The notes under the pieces were generated by a model. That model was given only the letters and a program-made list of their open reading frames with translations, was not told the origin of the DNA and did no database searches. Below, in pieces: positions 37,271 through 51,676 of a DNA stretch of 64,000 nt (its first letter is position 1; every line of letters starts with the position of its first letter). This stretch comes from Oopsacas minuta (lineage: Eukaryota; Animalia; Porifera): the NCBI GenBank assembly GCA_024704765.1, contig JAKMXF010000002.1, positions 69,221 to 133,220 of the forward strand, read 5' to 3'. The position numbers were made by a program, and so were the translations under genes.

Positions 37271-40200
37271 ATTAAAGTAATTACTTACTGTTCCATCATT
37301 TGACTTTTTCGGATTCCATACACAAAGAATATTCGGAAGATCTTGAATACGTATTGTAGGGATTTCATATTTGTCCATTTCTCTAGACTTTCTACCAAGC
37401 TTTAAGAAATATACCACTGAAATGGCATATTCATCTATTTCATACGCGTAGACTATGCGTTCGCTACTAGGGTCTTGGTAGAATATTGATACGCATATAG
37501 GGTTGGGGTGAAACACCATGAGCCTTTGGCGTGGACAAAACAAGTCAGCTGGGGTAGCCTCCCTCCCCTTACAGCCACCGCCTAACGCTAAACGTTAATC
37601 TCACCTTGGATATGTTGCAGTGTAGGAGCGAGTTTTGGGTGATTGCCGTCACATAAAATTCGCTTCTACACATAAACGTATGCGTACAATAAATTTTACG
37701 TTAACAGACGTGACGGTTCGGTTTAGGCCCGGTATGTTTCCCCCAATCTGAATATACATCTCAGACAGCAGTTAGTACAACTTCTCCATGAATTTACCAA
37801 GCAGTCTCTACTTATATTCACAATGGCAACAATAAATTTGCATATGAGAATCTTTGAAAATGTGAAATTATAATTCAGCATACTAGATTATCCTATATTT
37901 CTTCTGTTGAGACCAATTCTCTAAGCATATTTCGAGATTTCAACTATTGGTTACTCTATATTCATAGAAACATCAAATACATTTATATATGATTAACTCG
38001 AAAGTGTGCAAATTGGAATCAGCATACCTCGATTACCCCAATGTATACACTTATTTACCTGTATCGCCAACAGAAGGATATATTCACTATGTTATGCAAT
38101 TTACTAATATAGGTACACGTATTTGCGAAATTGCTCATTGTTACCCGCCCACTAGTATTCTTTCCCGTGTTTTCGAAAGTATATTTAGTGATTGCTAATT
38201 ATTAATATTGTATGTACGGTAGGGTGCGTCAGTTGCTCCATTTATTTGAAAACTTGATTCGCTTGCTACTTTGTATGTTCTCAATGCGGTTTTGATTCAC
38301 CATATCGAATTTGAATGGAATCCAAATGATTTAGTGGTACCGCAATAGTATTTTAAAATAGTGCTGGATTTTTGTGCTTTTTGTCCAATTTTCTAATCAG
38401 TATAATTAGAAATGAAGTTTAATTATGGCTAGATATCTGAAAAATTTGAATTATGTAGTTCGGGGTGGTTTATCTCAGTCAAATAACCTTTGATAACCAA
38501 TCTTGTACAGTTTAGAAGATTAATGAAAATCGCTTCAATCGATGTTAGGTATCATACCACCGCGACATAAACTATTTTTACTAATTTATCCTAACTTTAC
38601 AAGATTGTTGATCGTATATTGTTTTCACCCACATGAACTCACCTCCAGACTACCCAATTCTAGGGTTTCAGCTATCTAGTCATGATTGAACTACATTTCT
38701 CATCTAAATTGTACGAAAACCGGCCCGAAAGTACTACAAACCAGCACAATTACAAACATATATTCTGGTAGTTTTATCTTAAAGGATTTCATTGAAATTG
38801 TGCATGATTAAGCAGCATAAATGCACCCTAATGTACGGTGTAGCTGTTAGCGCATGACGGATGCTTTGAAAGTTGCTAATTACCAAACCACTACCTAAGT
38901 AAGGACTACCAATAGCTAACGTACATGGGTGGAGGTCGTTGGTTGCTCATTCGTACTTTTTGGATAAACCAAAATTTTGGGAATCAGAATTTCATCCAGA
39001 TGGTAACCCTTGTGGGATATCCTGTATGATATACGAATTGAATTTTGGCGCAGCTCATATAGGGAGGTGGCCTAATAGCATAGACAATGTTCGACGTCCG
39101 TTCGTAGGGTCGTGCGAATTCTAGAAATCGGATCCACTTGAAAATTGGTACATAAACACATCTATGTTCGGATATTGGAACTCTACCATTAATTTTTTCT
39201 AAAATGAAATGTTCACACCTTCTGAGGGAAATATTTCAGGATAGTCAATGTTATTAGTTACCTACAGTACTTCATGTGTTATCCTCAAATTCTATGGATG
39301 AGATTCCAAATAATTATCCAGCAATTTTCCCCTGTCTAACTTTTGAAATGATATCTCTTGCATCAATTCCAAATATCTGCAAAAGGTGCACAAATGTGAT
39401 CAATCATGTGATTGCTGACTGAGTGAGATATTTGAATTGTCAAAATTGGAATCTATATTCTCGATTACCCCAGAGTATGAGTTTGAAACGAAATTTTAGG
39501 AACCTTTCAAAAAATATACAAAAGGTGTGAAAATAATCATATGCAAATCATGTTGATATAGAAATGAGGACATGAAATTTGGAGTCTACACATTGTATTA
39601 CCCTTGACTAGCAGTGAAAACGAAATACATATTATGATTTTGATTATTATGCAAAGAGGTGTGAAATATGATTAATCATATGATAGATCATGGTGACATA
39701 GATTTGAAAATGTCAATTTGGAATCTACATACTCGAATACTCCTGACTAGCAGTTGAAACGAACTCTCTAACATCATTTTAGAAATATTAGCAAATGGTG
39801 TGATAATATGATTAATCATATAGGAAAACTGTGAATGTGCAATTTTCAGACTCTCAAAATCGGACTCTAAGCAACCAATTACCCCTGACATGTTGAAACA
39901 GAGTTTTATCCAGGTTCTCAGGGCCATACGCCTAAAACTGGATGAGCTAGTCCGGGGGGGCATTTCAATCCATGGGCACGGACAAGGGAATATCTAGGAG
40001 GGCCGCACTCTCCTTTAGTCGCATGTTTTTTTAGCAATGTGAAAATTGAGGATCTTTTCCTATACCGACACACTACTTTACTGAATTAGGTTTATGAAAT
40101 TTGAGAGGAGCCAAGCAGGTGGTCAGAAACTCTGTAGTACCTCCTGGGCACGAATCCGGAGAAACACATCGCACTATGACACAGGTAAATACGTTATTCA

Positions 40201-41147
40201 CCACACCTCGAAAAAATATCAGATTGAAATCCAAGAGCAACTCGCTTCCTATACCTAAATCCACCCTCTGGGGTGGTACAGAATCCGGACGCACCTCCCA
40301 ATGCAAATGTGAGAAACTAGCTCCGGTCAATGTCTAAGATTCACAAATATTGCCACCTGACAGGCGGTGACAATAGTCACTTTCCTAATAACATACAACC
40401 ATCATTATTAAATACAAATTTTCTATAACTAAAAGTTTGAACAAAATTCTTTTACATGTAGCAAATAGGATAAAATGACGGAGCTTCGGAATATGGAAAT
40501 TAATCGATCATTTTGAATTATGTAATGCAGATTGTAAAATTCCAAAATTGACAATCAAATTATATTTGTATAACTAGTACTCATGAAAATCAAGAGAGTA
40601 GAAGTAGTGCAATCGAAATATTCCCTGTTGCGAAATATACATTCTCTCATGTATATTGGGTGAGCAATGGTTAGTAATGTGATTTTTCGAGAATCCAAAA
40701 AGGCGACAATGACGTCATAATTTCGTTATAATTGGGAATTTTCCTCCAGAACTAGAATTTGTCCGAGCAGGCCCAAAATACCCCTTTATTCCAAAAATCA
40801 GCACTGTCCTCCAGTTTCTTCAATCAATTCTGGACATACAAACATAGCTATATATACATACATTAATACTGTTAAATTGCGTTTTAATGGTATAGATTTC
40901 TACATCAGTCCCTGATTGTAGAACTTTGGGACAGCTTTCATTATTAGTGATTTAGGAGGCGTTATTACTAACCTGGAAACATCTATCAACTGAAGTCTCG
41001 TTCCGATTGAATGTAAGCCTTGTTGATCAACTACGGCTGTCTTCGAGAGGATATCTGGTCAATTCTAGCCAATATTTGTATTGCAAACAATTGAAATCGG
41101 GCATCTACCCGAATTGCCAGACCTTTTTTGCAAGTGATATTGGCATA

Positions 41148-43554
41148 CACTTTACCATCTGCTCGTTTCAAGTTTACCTAGACTAATATGGCCATGCTGA
41201 ATCCAAATCTGGCCTTGGATTTTTTCTAACACGTCACGTTTTTGAGATATGACATATGCACACAACAACCCGTAATTGTCATTTTGGCTAATTTTGGCTG
41301 TGCAGAACAAAACATTACATGTAATAAACACAGTGATTGCCGGTGAAAATAACAGAATTATCATTTTGCACAATTTAAAACAACCCAGGATGATTAAACC
41401 AGACAAAAATAGCATTGTATCCTCTCAAAAGTGCTTTATACACTTGCTCTTTCGAGCATGTTCAGTATCAGTTTCACGCTGGAGAAACCAGCAGTAGTCC
41501 CCCATCATGTTTGGGTTAAATCGACCTCTATACCGCGATTCCATTACAGAGATGGCTTGGTGAAATCTTTCTCCAAGTTCGTCGCTCACATCACCCAGGT
41601 TTGATGGGAAAAGTCCAAGTGTGAATGAAGAAAATGCAGTTTAAGCGACATTCTGCAGCCCATTTTGCGGTATGATTCCAGCAAATTGTCCACTAGTTCC
41701 GAGTAATTTTCTGCCCTATAGTTTCCAAGAAAATTTTGTACAATCTGTACAAATGCATTCCAGGCTTCCAATTCAATTGAAATAAGCTTGGATGGAAATA
41801 CTGGGTCACGCATCAAATCACGTATTTGGGGGCCAACAAATATCCAGCTCTCAGTTGAGCGTCACTTAGTATAGCACCAAACTTTTCTTTCATGTGTAGG
41901 AATCCATCATTGAAATACATTGCCTTCACAAATTGTTTGATCAGGCCGAGTTTAATATGAAGTGGTGGCAAGTACACTTTGCTGGGATCAATAAGGGATT
42001 TGCACTTAACATTATATCTTCCAACAATGTAGTCAGTTCTCATTGGTCATTCGGTTGTGTCATAGTGGTTTGCCTCGTCTCTACTATCCCACAGACAGAG
42101 AAAACACATATGCTTGGTGTAACCCAACTGCAATCCGAGCAAAAGTGACACAACTTTAAGGTCTCCACATATGTTCCAGTTGTGAGCCCGGTAGTCAATG
42201 ACCCTTAGGATGGTTTCCATAGACTCGTACGTTTCCTTCAAGCCGACAGCATGAGCAATAGGGACAGAAGGCTTTTCATTCCCATTGTGTAGTAGGACAG
42301 CTTTCAAACTAGCTTTGCTGGAATCAATGAACAGTCTCCACTCAGTGCTAATGTGTTCGTGGCCAAGCTCATACATGAGTGAATCAACATCAGTGCAAAA
42401 ACACACAGTCTTCGAATTTAAAGTAAGCCGAAACATTTGCATGTCGTCGACGAAAATGTGAAATTGTTGATCCTGGCTTTAACAAATTTAATTCCTTTAG
42501 GCGAGACCCTAGAAGCTCAGCTTTTTCTTTGGAAAGAGATAAATCACGCACCAGGTCATTCGAAAATGCCTGGTCCATGGGAATCATTTTGTCGTTTTCA
42601 TCATGATCCGAAAAATCAGAAGTGGAATCTGCATCTGCCACGTCTACTTCGTCTGTTGAATCCATTTCAATAGTATCCGATGAAGGTGGGATTGGTACAG
42701 GAGTTCCATTGCCAGCATCATGCTCTACTGGTTTTAGAGCAGACTTGCATGTTGGATAGATGATTTTCGACTTATTTTTAGACGAAAATCCAGCAATATT
42801 TGTTGTGCAAAAATAACAATCTGACGTATGGTTTTTAGGTTCTCGCCAAATCATAGGTACCGCAAATGGCATGGATTTCTTCTTTCCATTAAGCCATTGG
42901 ATTAGACTGGCATAGCAGACGGTACAGCAGATGTGAGGTGCCCAGTTCTTGTCTTGGTCACCAACTTTGCAACCAAAGTAATACTTGTAGCCAATCTTGA
43001 CACGATTGGCAATATTTCTTCGCTGGGGCTTCGGCATAAATTTTCCACAAATATAGCAGAAGTTATCTGGGTGGTTCGTGCATTGTCTTCTGCTCGTATT
43101 CATTGTAAACAAAAAGCTTAAATACACAATCAGTTACAAACTTAAAATTCTGCAAAACAGTAATGTTGTTGGTTTATCGATACAGTCTACAATCCACCCG
43201 CAAGTAGGCTAAATAACCCCTCCTTATAGCCATGGCCAAGAACATTCAAGAATGCATTAATTGTCAAAAGATAGAACATTACATTTACAAAATAATGTTA
43301 ATAGTAACCGTACATAATATGCATTGTTGACCAACAATTCGCTGGGAAAGAAAATTGTACAATAGGCCTAACTTGTACTGTATAGTACCTTATAATATAG
43401 TGCCAATCAATGCAAAATCCGAATTTCGTGAATTTTCATATCTTGAAATCCTGACGTGATAGACCAATTCTGATTTCAGATTTGGAATCAGCATCCCAAA
43501 GTTAGTCTAGGTAATATATTTTCATTTGAGGAATAAATTTGATGTTGCCCAGTG
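41148..43554 (-). mobile_element. Chapaev3-like (CMC) DNA transposon with frameshifted transposase
   Basis: CACT...AGTG termini with ATA on both flanks; inverted subterminal blocks TTACCTAGACTAA and ATGCTGAxTCCAAATCTG. Protein pieces: CYICG...WAPHICCTVC...WREPKNHTSDCYFC, ICGDLKV...CFLCLWDSR, LPPLHIKLGL, KLHFLHSH, VSDELGERFHQ. Confidence 0.8.
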
Positions 43555-43574
43555 ATATCAATTACTGATGCGGA

Positions 43575-43649
43575 TTTCTCGGCAAGGAAAATTAGTCGCT
43601 ACAAGCGATTTGTCGTTAGACCCGATGTCGTTAAATCCAATATTTACTG
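43575..43649. mobile_element. Solo right end of a Tigger related to 32477-34592
   Basis: TGTCGTTAAATCCAATATTTACTG-TA (43626-43651, one mismatch to the TIR) plus about 50 bp of homologous subterminal sequence. Confidence 0.8.
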
Positions 43650-45319
43650 TATTGGACTGAGTTCTTTGTACCAAATCAGAATTTGGTTTGACATGAGATA
43701 TATGAGAATGTTGTCCAATTATTTCGTTTATTTTAATTACTTAGCGAATAATGGATGCCTCTGAGTATTCGAAACTTCTGACTTTTCTTTCATGCCGCAA
43801 ATTGCCGAACAATATATGGACAGCTACAAAATTTGTGGGACACAATTTTAGACAATGTGCATAGGGTAATATGTACTTACACTGAAGATATGTGTTAAAT
43901 GTTGTCATATATATTAAATCGACACTGTAGATTTCAAAAATGGCACCAGCTTTTTAGTTGCACTTCTGGAAATGGGACTATGACTTAATCTGTGTATTTT
44001 GATATAATTCATAATTACGGTTCTAGGATAAATGATTTCGAAATTTATGAGTGCTTTATACCAGCCAGCCCTTTTTAATGATAAACCAAATACAATGCGT
44101 ATACTCATTTATGCATTGAATACTTCATAAAATGATACTAATGAATTAGAAATACAGTAGTTATTAAACGTATAACTAAAGTTAAAATAATTCTACAAAT
44201 ATATTTCCTCCAAATGTGTCTGTCCCATACACTTAATGTCAAGAAAATTATTAGCGGGCGCCTTTGGGGAGGTCCAGAAAATATTTAAAATCAAATTTAG
44301 AATGATGTACTATGCGAAATTGTCAACTATTCAACTTGCAATTGTTTGCATTGTAAGACCGGGGACCTAAAAGCTAGGCTAAGGAGCTGAAATGTGGATA
44401 AAAAGAGACGACTAATAATGCTTGTGAATGAAAATTAAAGATTTTATTGGTTTTGCAAACGAGTTAAATTAATCACAAAATGTATACGAATAAAGATAAT
44501 GCCATTGCATTACTAATAATCCAGGAATGCTGGAATATCGCAAGGGTATTTGAAAAACATATTTGTGGTTATCAGGTTTTCAAATTTCAAATTTTAGCCT
44601 AAGTTTGAGCTTGTGGTTAGACATGTTAAATGTTCATTAAGTAACTAATAATAGCATATTTCTAGGTTTGAAATAGTGTAAAATCGAAATGCACACATAA
44701 ACTTTGGTAAATAGCGAAGTCAAATTTTCCCCTAATACCGCATAGTTCAACACTGTGTTGAATTCGGATTTTAATAAAGAAACGAAACTTGGGAAGCGCA
44801 ATTATTATCACTAAAGGACGTATTGATAGTTGGGGAAATAGTGTTTCGCAGTGCTCAAAGGAAGGCGTAGTCCGCGGTTTAAAATGAGTGAAGTTAGTAG
44901 CGCTCAAATCAGCGTGGGTTTTCAAAATTGTGGTGTACAAAGACAAAACAGGGAAATTGAATCCTGCAGTAACTTCCTTAAGGATTGAATAATTCTTGAA
45001 AATATCTTGCCATTGGTAGATAAAACTGATTATGTCAATAGTCACTTTTATATATTTGAAACAGAATATCAATAACACACATGGCAATATTAAATAGTCT
45101 TGATAAATTATTCAAATGTCTGGGTTTAAATATAAATAACTTATATGGCAGCGTCCGCCAATATTGCTAGTCCCCAACTCACGAGATACCCAAGTAATCG
45201 CTGACTACATGCAGCACCAAGCAATAACTGCTAAAAAGTATCATCGGCAGTTGGGAGGGGAAACTAAATTAATATTTGCATTTGACGTGATAAGAAAATT
45301 AACAAAAATGAATTAACTA

Positions 45320-47665
45320 CAGTAGAACTCGGTTAAGAAGTACTAGCTTGGGAAACAATAAAAAATATGTATTAACCGAGGTATGTCTTATCCGAGTACA
45401 TAAATGTAAGGTACTAAAAAAGTACGACTTATCCGATGTACGTAGAAATTGTTATAAGTATTACTTATCAGTATAAAGTATAAACGTTTGCGTGTATAAA
45501 GTGTAAACTATCTCCTACAATCTAATACGTATTTCATTTTGAGTAATATATACGATTATCAAAATAGGTTGCTTATTTCCTAGAGTAATATGAGAAAATG
45601 ATTCGCACTAGCACTATAAGTACATAGCTTATTGGCTAGTTTAAAAATCGGAAAGTGAACTTTGCTTCACACTACAAGTATAGATTAATCCTCCATCTCG
45701 TTAATAGCATTGAGAAGACAGCTTTTGGAATTACAGGTCACGTAGCGCTTTCCAATCTAAAGAGCATCACGATATTCTGACAAGCTTAGGCACACAATAG
45801 TATTATCATCCTCATCATGTTCTATTACACATTGTTCTTCAGTAACGTCACCCTGAACCATTGCTGTATTTTCATTATCTGTAAGAATGCCAGAAATAGA
45901 GACGTCATTGTCAATAATAGCATATTCTTCAAATGAACCTTCAAATTAATTTCACGGCTCTTCAATTCCTCATATGTAATACTTTCAGGCACTTCTTCTG
46001 AGACAATTGATATTTCTACAGTATTTGATCCAAGACTAAAGCTACAAGGATGAAAGCAATTTTGAATGATCATGGCTGTTACTTTATCCCATGAAACCTT
46101 CAGCCACTGCATAGCATCAAGAACTGTTATTAATCAGTTCTTCCTTCGTATCCATCGATGAAAGTAGCTTTCTTTACTAATTGGTGTCGATAATGAACTT
46201 TCAGGGATTGTATAATGCCTTGATCACAAGGCTGTAACTTTGCAGTGGTGTTTGGTGGCAGAAATTTGATAGAAATGTTAGAAAGCTCAAGATTACGAGG
46301 GTGTGCGGGACAATTGTCTATTATGGGCAGGACAGAACGTTTCGTGGATACAATTTTCTATTCCACTTTTCGAGCGATGCCTGAAAGAAATTCCCGTCAT
46401 CCAAGCTTTCGCATTAGAAATGTGTCTAGAGGTAACGATCTAATACCCGAAAACACCTTGGTGACTTAGATTTTCCAATGGCTAGAAGTGGAAGCTTTTC
46501 ACAAACCAGGCTGGTCCCAACAAGCACTGTAAGAGGGTCCTTCTGTTTCTTACTACCACTGCACTTTTCTCCTTTGAAAGTCAACGTCCTCTCTGGCGTA
46601 ACTTGTAAAAATAGCGCAGTTTCATCTGCGTTGTAGATATTTTCTGGTATATATTTCAAGAGCAAATCTGGCAGAGTCAAATCCAGCCAAGGACGAATGT
46701 TCTCCTCTGAAACTGATTTCTCTTCACCAGAAATTTGTTTCATCTCTATAGAATGTCTTCTCTTCCACTTATCGATGAAACCTGTAGTGGCTATAAAAGT
46801 TGAAACATTCATGGCATTAGCAAAGAACTGGGCCTTTTCCATCTGTATTTCCCGGGTATAGGAAAATTACAATTTCTTGCCTGCTTAAACCATTCTAGTA
46901 ATGCTGTATCCACTTGGGTGAGATTCGATGATCGGATCAGCTTACAGTCAACACTAATTTCAGACGAGTTATAGCTACGTTTGAGAGTTTCCCTATTTTC
47001 CATATTGAATTCACCATTGACCTTGAGATATTTAGTCTTTTGCAGACGCTTGTTTGTGGTTCACCATTCTCTATCCTAGTAATAAGGTTTATCATTTGTT
47101 GAATGGTGAGAGATTTCTTTGAATTTGTAGCCATGATTAAAGCATCTATACGTACTGAAAATAATATTCTAAATTATCAGTATTATCATGCAAATTACTT
47201 TTGACATTTGGCTATGCCTATCCCTAAATGAGGATGTGTTTTTATAAATAAATAAGGTACGTATAAGGACATACGAATTGTATTTTTGTTAATCGAGTAC
47301 GAATTAAACAAGTACGTCTTAACCGAGACGCAATAACCGAGTAATCTGAATCTCCGATTACTCACTAGTGCAAATTAGTATACAATAACTAACGATAAGA
47401 TAAAAATCATGTTATGGTTCGATTATTACAGGATATATACTGTATGTATCCGAGTATATTATTCTACTTTTGAGTATGAATTAACCTAGTACGTCTTAAC
47501 CAAGTACGATTCAATACATTTTGTCCTTTTGGGAAGAATAATTTAGTACATCTTATCCGATTGTACGTCTTAACCTATTACGTCTTAAACGAATCATTTA
47601 CAATGGATTAGATAGGAGAAAATTCCGGTTATTGGAGACGAGTACGTCTTAACCGAGTTCTACTG
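45320..47665 (-). mobile_element. Full-length Tigger/pogo transposon (second family, DD30D), degraded transposase
   Basis: 25-bp TIRs CAGTAGAACTCGGTTAAGA(A/C)GTACT, TA TSD, 2346 bp; multiple GTACGTCTTAACC subterminal repeats. Motifs IYNADETALF and DNCPAH...PPNTTAKLQPCDQGII. Confidence 0.93.
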
Positions 47666-47964
47666 TAATTAATCATAGATTGAATAAAACAAGAGGTGGA
47701 GTACCAAATGTAAAAGAAGCAGAAGAAATTCAAGAATTATTCAAATTCCAAATTATGTATACAGAATGATGGTACAATCTTTGTGTACGTTGTGTTCGTG
47801 TGTGTTTTAGTTGCTTGTGAATTAAATATATACAGAAGGAAATCAAGAACAATTAACACTAATAAAACATCACAAGAGAAAGAAAATAGTCACTGTGAAC
47901 GTTTAGATCGAATTGTAATGTATAGACGTATAATTAGAGCATTAAGCACTACTCATTTATTGGA

Positions 47965-48095
47965 GCGTGCTCTAGCTCCCACCTACCGGACTTCAAAAGG
48001 AGGGCGCTCCCACCTCCGCTCCTTCCTCAGAAAAGGAGAGCACAACGGCTCCGGGTCCATGAAAAATGGAGCGGGCTCCAATCGCGCTCCTTTTC
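47965..48095. repeat. GC-rich GGAGC/GCTCC motif cluster, probable DNA-transposon subterminal region
   Basis: Many GGAGC and GCTCC words in both orientations within AT-rich context; no termini defined. Confidence 0.4.
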
Positions 48096-51000
48096 ATTAT
48101 TTTAGATAATTATTCCATTTGTATTTCAAGTAATCAGGATTGAATTTAACCATTGTACATTCAGAAAATTTCTTAATGTACAACGTCAAACTAATTCAAA
48201 AAATTATGAATTAGATAAAGAGGTCCCAGCATCCATTTTTTGTAGTAAGAATACTGAATTTCATGCAGAATAATGATGGAATTAAGGAATTTTCGGAAAT
48301 TTGTAACAATTGATATTTGTAGAATATGAAAATTTTGTAAGTAATGGACATTTTGTAATTTTGGTACATATTTAATTTATGGACATTTGGTAATTTTTGG
48401 ATATTTGTAATATATGGACAATTGGAATTCTCGACTCTTATATTTCCTTTATTATATCGATTTAAATCAAATTTATAGTCTAATGCTGTGGTAGTTTACC
48501 AAATACAGTCCCTTTTCAATCATGTCCAAATTTCCATTAAATTTCAAACTAGTAGTTTATAGCAGAAAGCAAAAACGAATTCTATGCTATGTTTTTCCAA
48601 AGAAATTTGGACGAAATCGGCCAAAGACCGATTTTTCCTTTTAAACGGGCTAATTGGGGCCTTTTTGTTAAATTTGTCTCGAAATTGACAAAATTATCTC
48701 TTCATTGCGTTAGAATTGTATTCGAAACGTGTTGTTGAATTCGTCACTGAAACTGTGCTCATTGATAAAAGAAATTTTGAAAACCTAGGAATTACAACGG
48801 TATTTTTCCCAGTTTACGACAGTGAGATACTGTCCCTATTAAATTTGAATTGTTTCATCAAGTTTTGGCAGCCAATTTGGATTTTACGTCAAAATCAAAA
48901 AATTTGTCATCGAATTTAGTTTCTACATTTCTAAATGGGTGAATTTTGATTGACGGTTTTCGATTTACATTCAACGAGGATTTTTTCGAATAATTTAGAT
49001 ATGAGTAAGAGTTACTTTTCGATATGATTTCGGAAATAATTTTCCACAAAAGAGCTAGGCATGGCCAGATCTCTCTACTATGGTAACGGAGAGAATGCGG
49101 ACCAAGATGATTGCGTCATTATTCAAAATTTCTCCACTATGATCGATTACTGCCGAAGTGTTACGTTCCTAACCAAAAGGGACACAACAATTTTATCACT
49201 TCATTTCAACCAATTCTTGCAACCAAATCGAGTTATCAGCATCTTTAAAGACTAATTGTAGTCGTTTTTCTGTTAAAATATTTTCTCATTCTGTCCTCTT
49301 TCAAATAATTTTTCCATCCCGATCTTAGTTTCTCTGTTACCGAAATTCTGATGCGTTAGGTTGCGTGTAATGCGTCAGGTTACATTTGAATGCTTGTTCA
49401 ATGTAGCATTTTTATTTCAGATTGCCACGATTTGTCCCAAATTTAAATCTTGACTAATTTCAGGATCTAGGTTTGAATTTTTAATGAATTGTTTTATGCA
49501 CGGAAAATATGTTTCTAAGTAAGGAATATAATTTAAACCCTCAATAATAGCATATTTCTGTGTAAGGGATCGCTTTGGATGAATTAAAAAATTTCTTTTA
49601 TAACAAACGGATTCACACCTTTCATGGGGTTATGACTAAATTATCCCCTTTTAAACCCCGAAATTACACATAATTGCCCACATCTCGCCCAATATTTCAA
49701 TAATCAGTTTATTATTTGGCTAGATATATGGAGCAAAGATTTGCATCGTTTATCAAAAGCTGAATGAAAATACTAACACATCAGGTAAATATACATAATC
49801 GTAATTATAATAATTGAAAATATGCTATATTGAACATTTGATTCAACTCTACGAGGCCCTATATACTATTTTCTCATCATCAAGATATATTTATTATATT
49901 GTATATATTTGGTATAATTAATAGATATATTTCGAAAAGAAACACCTACTATTCTGTTATAATAATTACACACTATTTATATGACGTGATAATTGATAAA
50001 TATACGACCATACACAATTTATGATTAGGCTAATCGTTTTCTTAGGGCTTATACTATACACTCATAATACATTTAATGGGTCGAATAGACATGCCTACTA
50101 TTCTGATTATAGTTTTACACAATTTTAAGATGACTCCATAAATAATAAACCTGGACCATATACAATTGTATCCAATAGAGTGCAAATGGGGCATTGTTCC
50201 CCCACTGAGATTTTGTAACATTGGTATATAAGTAGCTCAGGCCTATCCAGTCAACTCAGCTAAATTTGGGCACATGGGCTCCAGCCTTTTCGTCCTGATT
50301 AAGCGGGGTTCCAAAGAACCGGAGATTTTCTGATACTAAATAGTAGCATTTTTCTATTTTCTGTCGCAGAGTCCCCCAAAGCAAAATCACCACTCTATGG
50401 TCGAGGTAGACAAATCAAAATAAAACTTTGAAATTTCGGATATTTTAGTGCCTTTCGCGAATCTATGTTGATAAGAATAACTATTAAATAGAAATTGATT
50501 TGGCCCAAATAATCCCAAATTTAACCCATAATTATCCTAAATTTGCATGCTAAGCTTGTTAGAATTCCCTAAATCAAGAGAAACTTCCTCTTTATTGAGT
50601 TACGAATTTTGTTCCACGGGAATATATTTAGGTGGCCGTTATGTACTAGTAACAGTTATACAAAGGTGGCCTATAAGGGAATGATAGTGAATCTCTACGA
50701 CAGATACAGAAACATTATAGAGAGTTAATATTGGAAACGGACCCAAGGCCTGTTTCCTCAATCACAAAGTACAATGAATGTGAAGTTAGCAGCGAAACAA
50801 ATCGAACACACTTTAACAAGTCATAATTATGCAACTAGTAGATTGAACATATCATTACTAGCCTAGGAGGTTTTTGTCATTATTATAGCAAATCATTCTG
50901 ACACGATAATGAGAAACGGTGATGTTGCAGAAGTGGGAACTTTTGGCAAACTTGTTTTGTATAATCGAGCACACTTTAGCACATTATAATCATGCAACCA

Positions 51001-51676
51001 ATGCATGTTGACAGATTTCATTAGGAAAACATCAATCTAGCCTAGAAACATCTGTATATTTTGGTCGAATGATGAAAAAGGCAAATTTTGATCAAAGTTA
51101 TACTAAAATGTCTTCAGTCGAACTTTGATCGAAAAATGAGAACTTGTATTTATCACATAAATATCACGAGTTAGATAATTTGGTTAACTAACCTGAGATT
51201 TGTTTTATCAATTCGGGAACTAGTGTTACATGCAAAATATCTGTGGCAGAAATCAGCCCAATAAAAGTTACGTCACCAAAAATTATTGATTGAACAACTA
51301 ATATGTGTTGTACGTAATGAGTCTTCACTGAAAGAAGTATTAAACAACTTATGATAGAACACATATGGCGCATATACTACTTCTACATTCTAATAGCATA
51401 TGGGTAATGTAACTATAAAGTAATATTCGCTATCTAACTTTAGATAATATACCATCACTAAACTACAATATATTATCACAGTAACCTAATTCTAATGTTC
51501 AGTTAAAACTGACATGTCAAACGTTGGATTGACTTCGTTATTGGAAAATCTGCATCTTGCTCATTATAATAGAACGACAGACTGGGCATCTATCACCGAG
51601 CGTAAATTCAGTTCACAATTTCCGCATACACTAGCATGTCCACAAGGTATGAAGACAAACGTTAAATCTCTACTGT

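Noticed and set aside
37076-37543. 155-aa ORF as a host gene
   Set aside because: The C-terminal part is generated by the minisatellite; no recognisable domain.
44662-45087. 141-aa minus-strand ORF
   Set aside because: No recognisable motif and hydrophobic AT-driven composition; cannot be supported without expression or homology data.
50910-50960. Short resemblance (AAACGGTGA..., GGCAAACTTGTT) to the start of the gag at 59500-59550
   Set aside because: The two short matches are in the wrong order and do not extend; likely chance.
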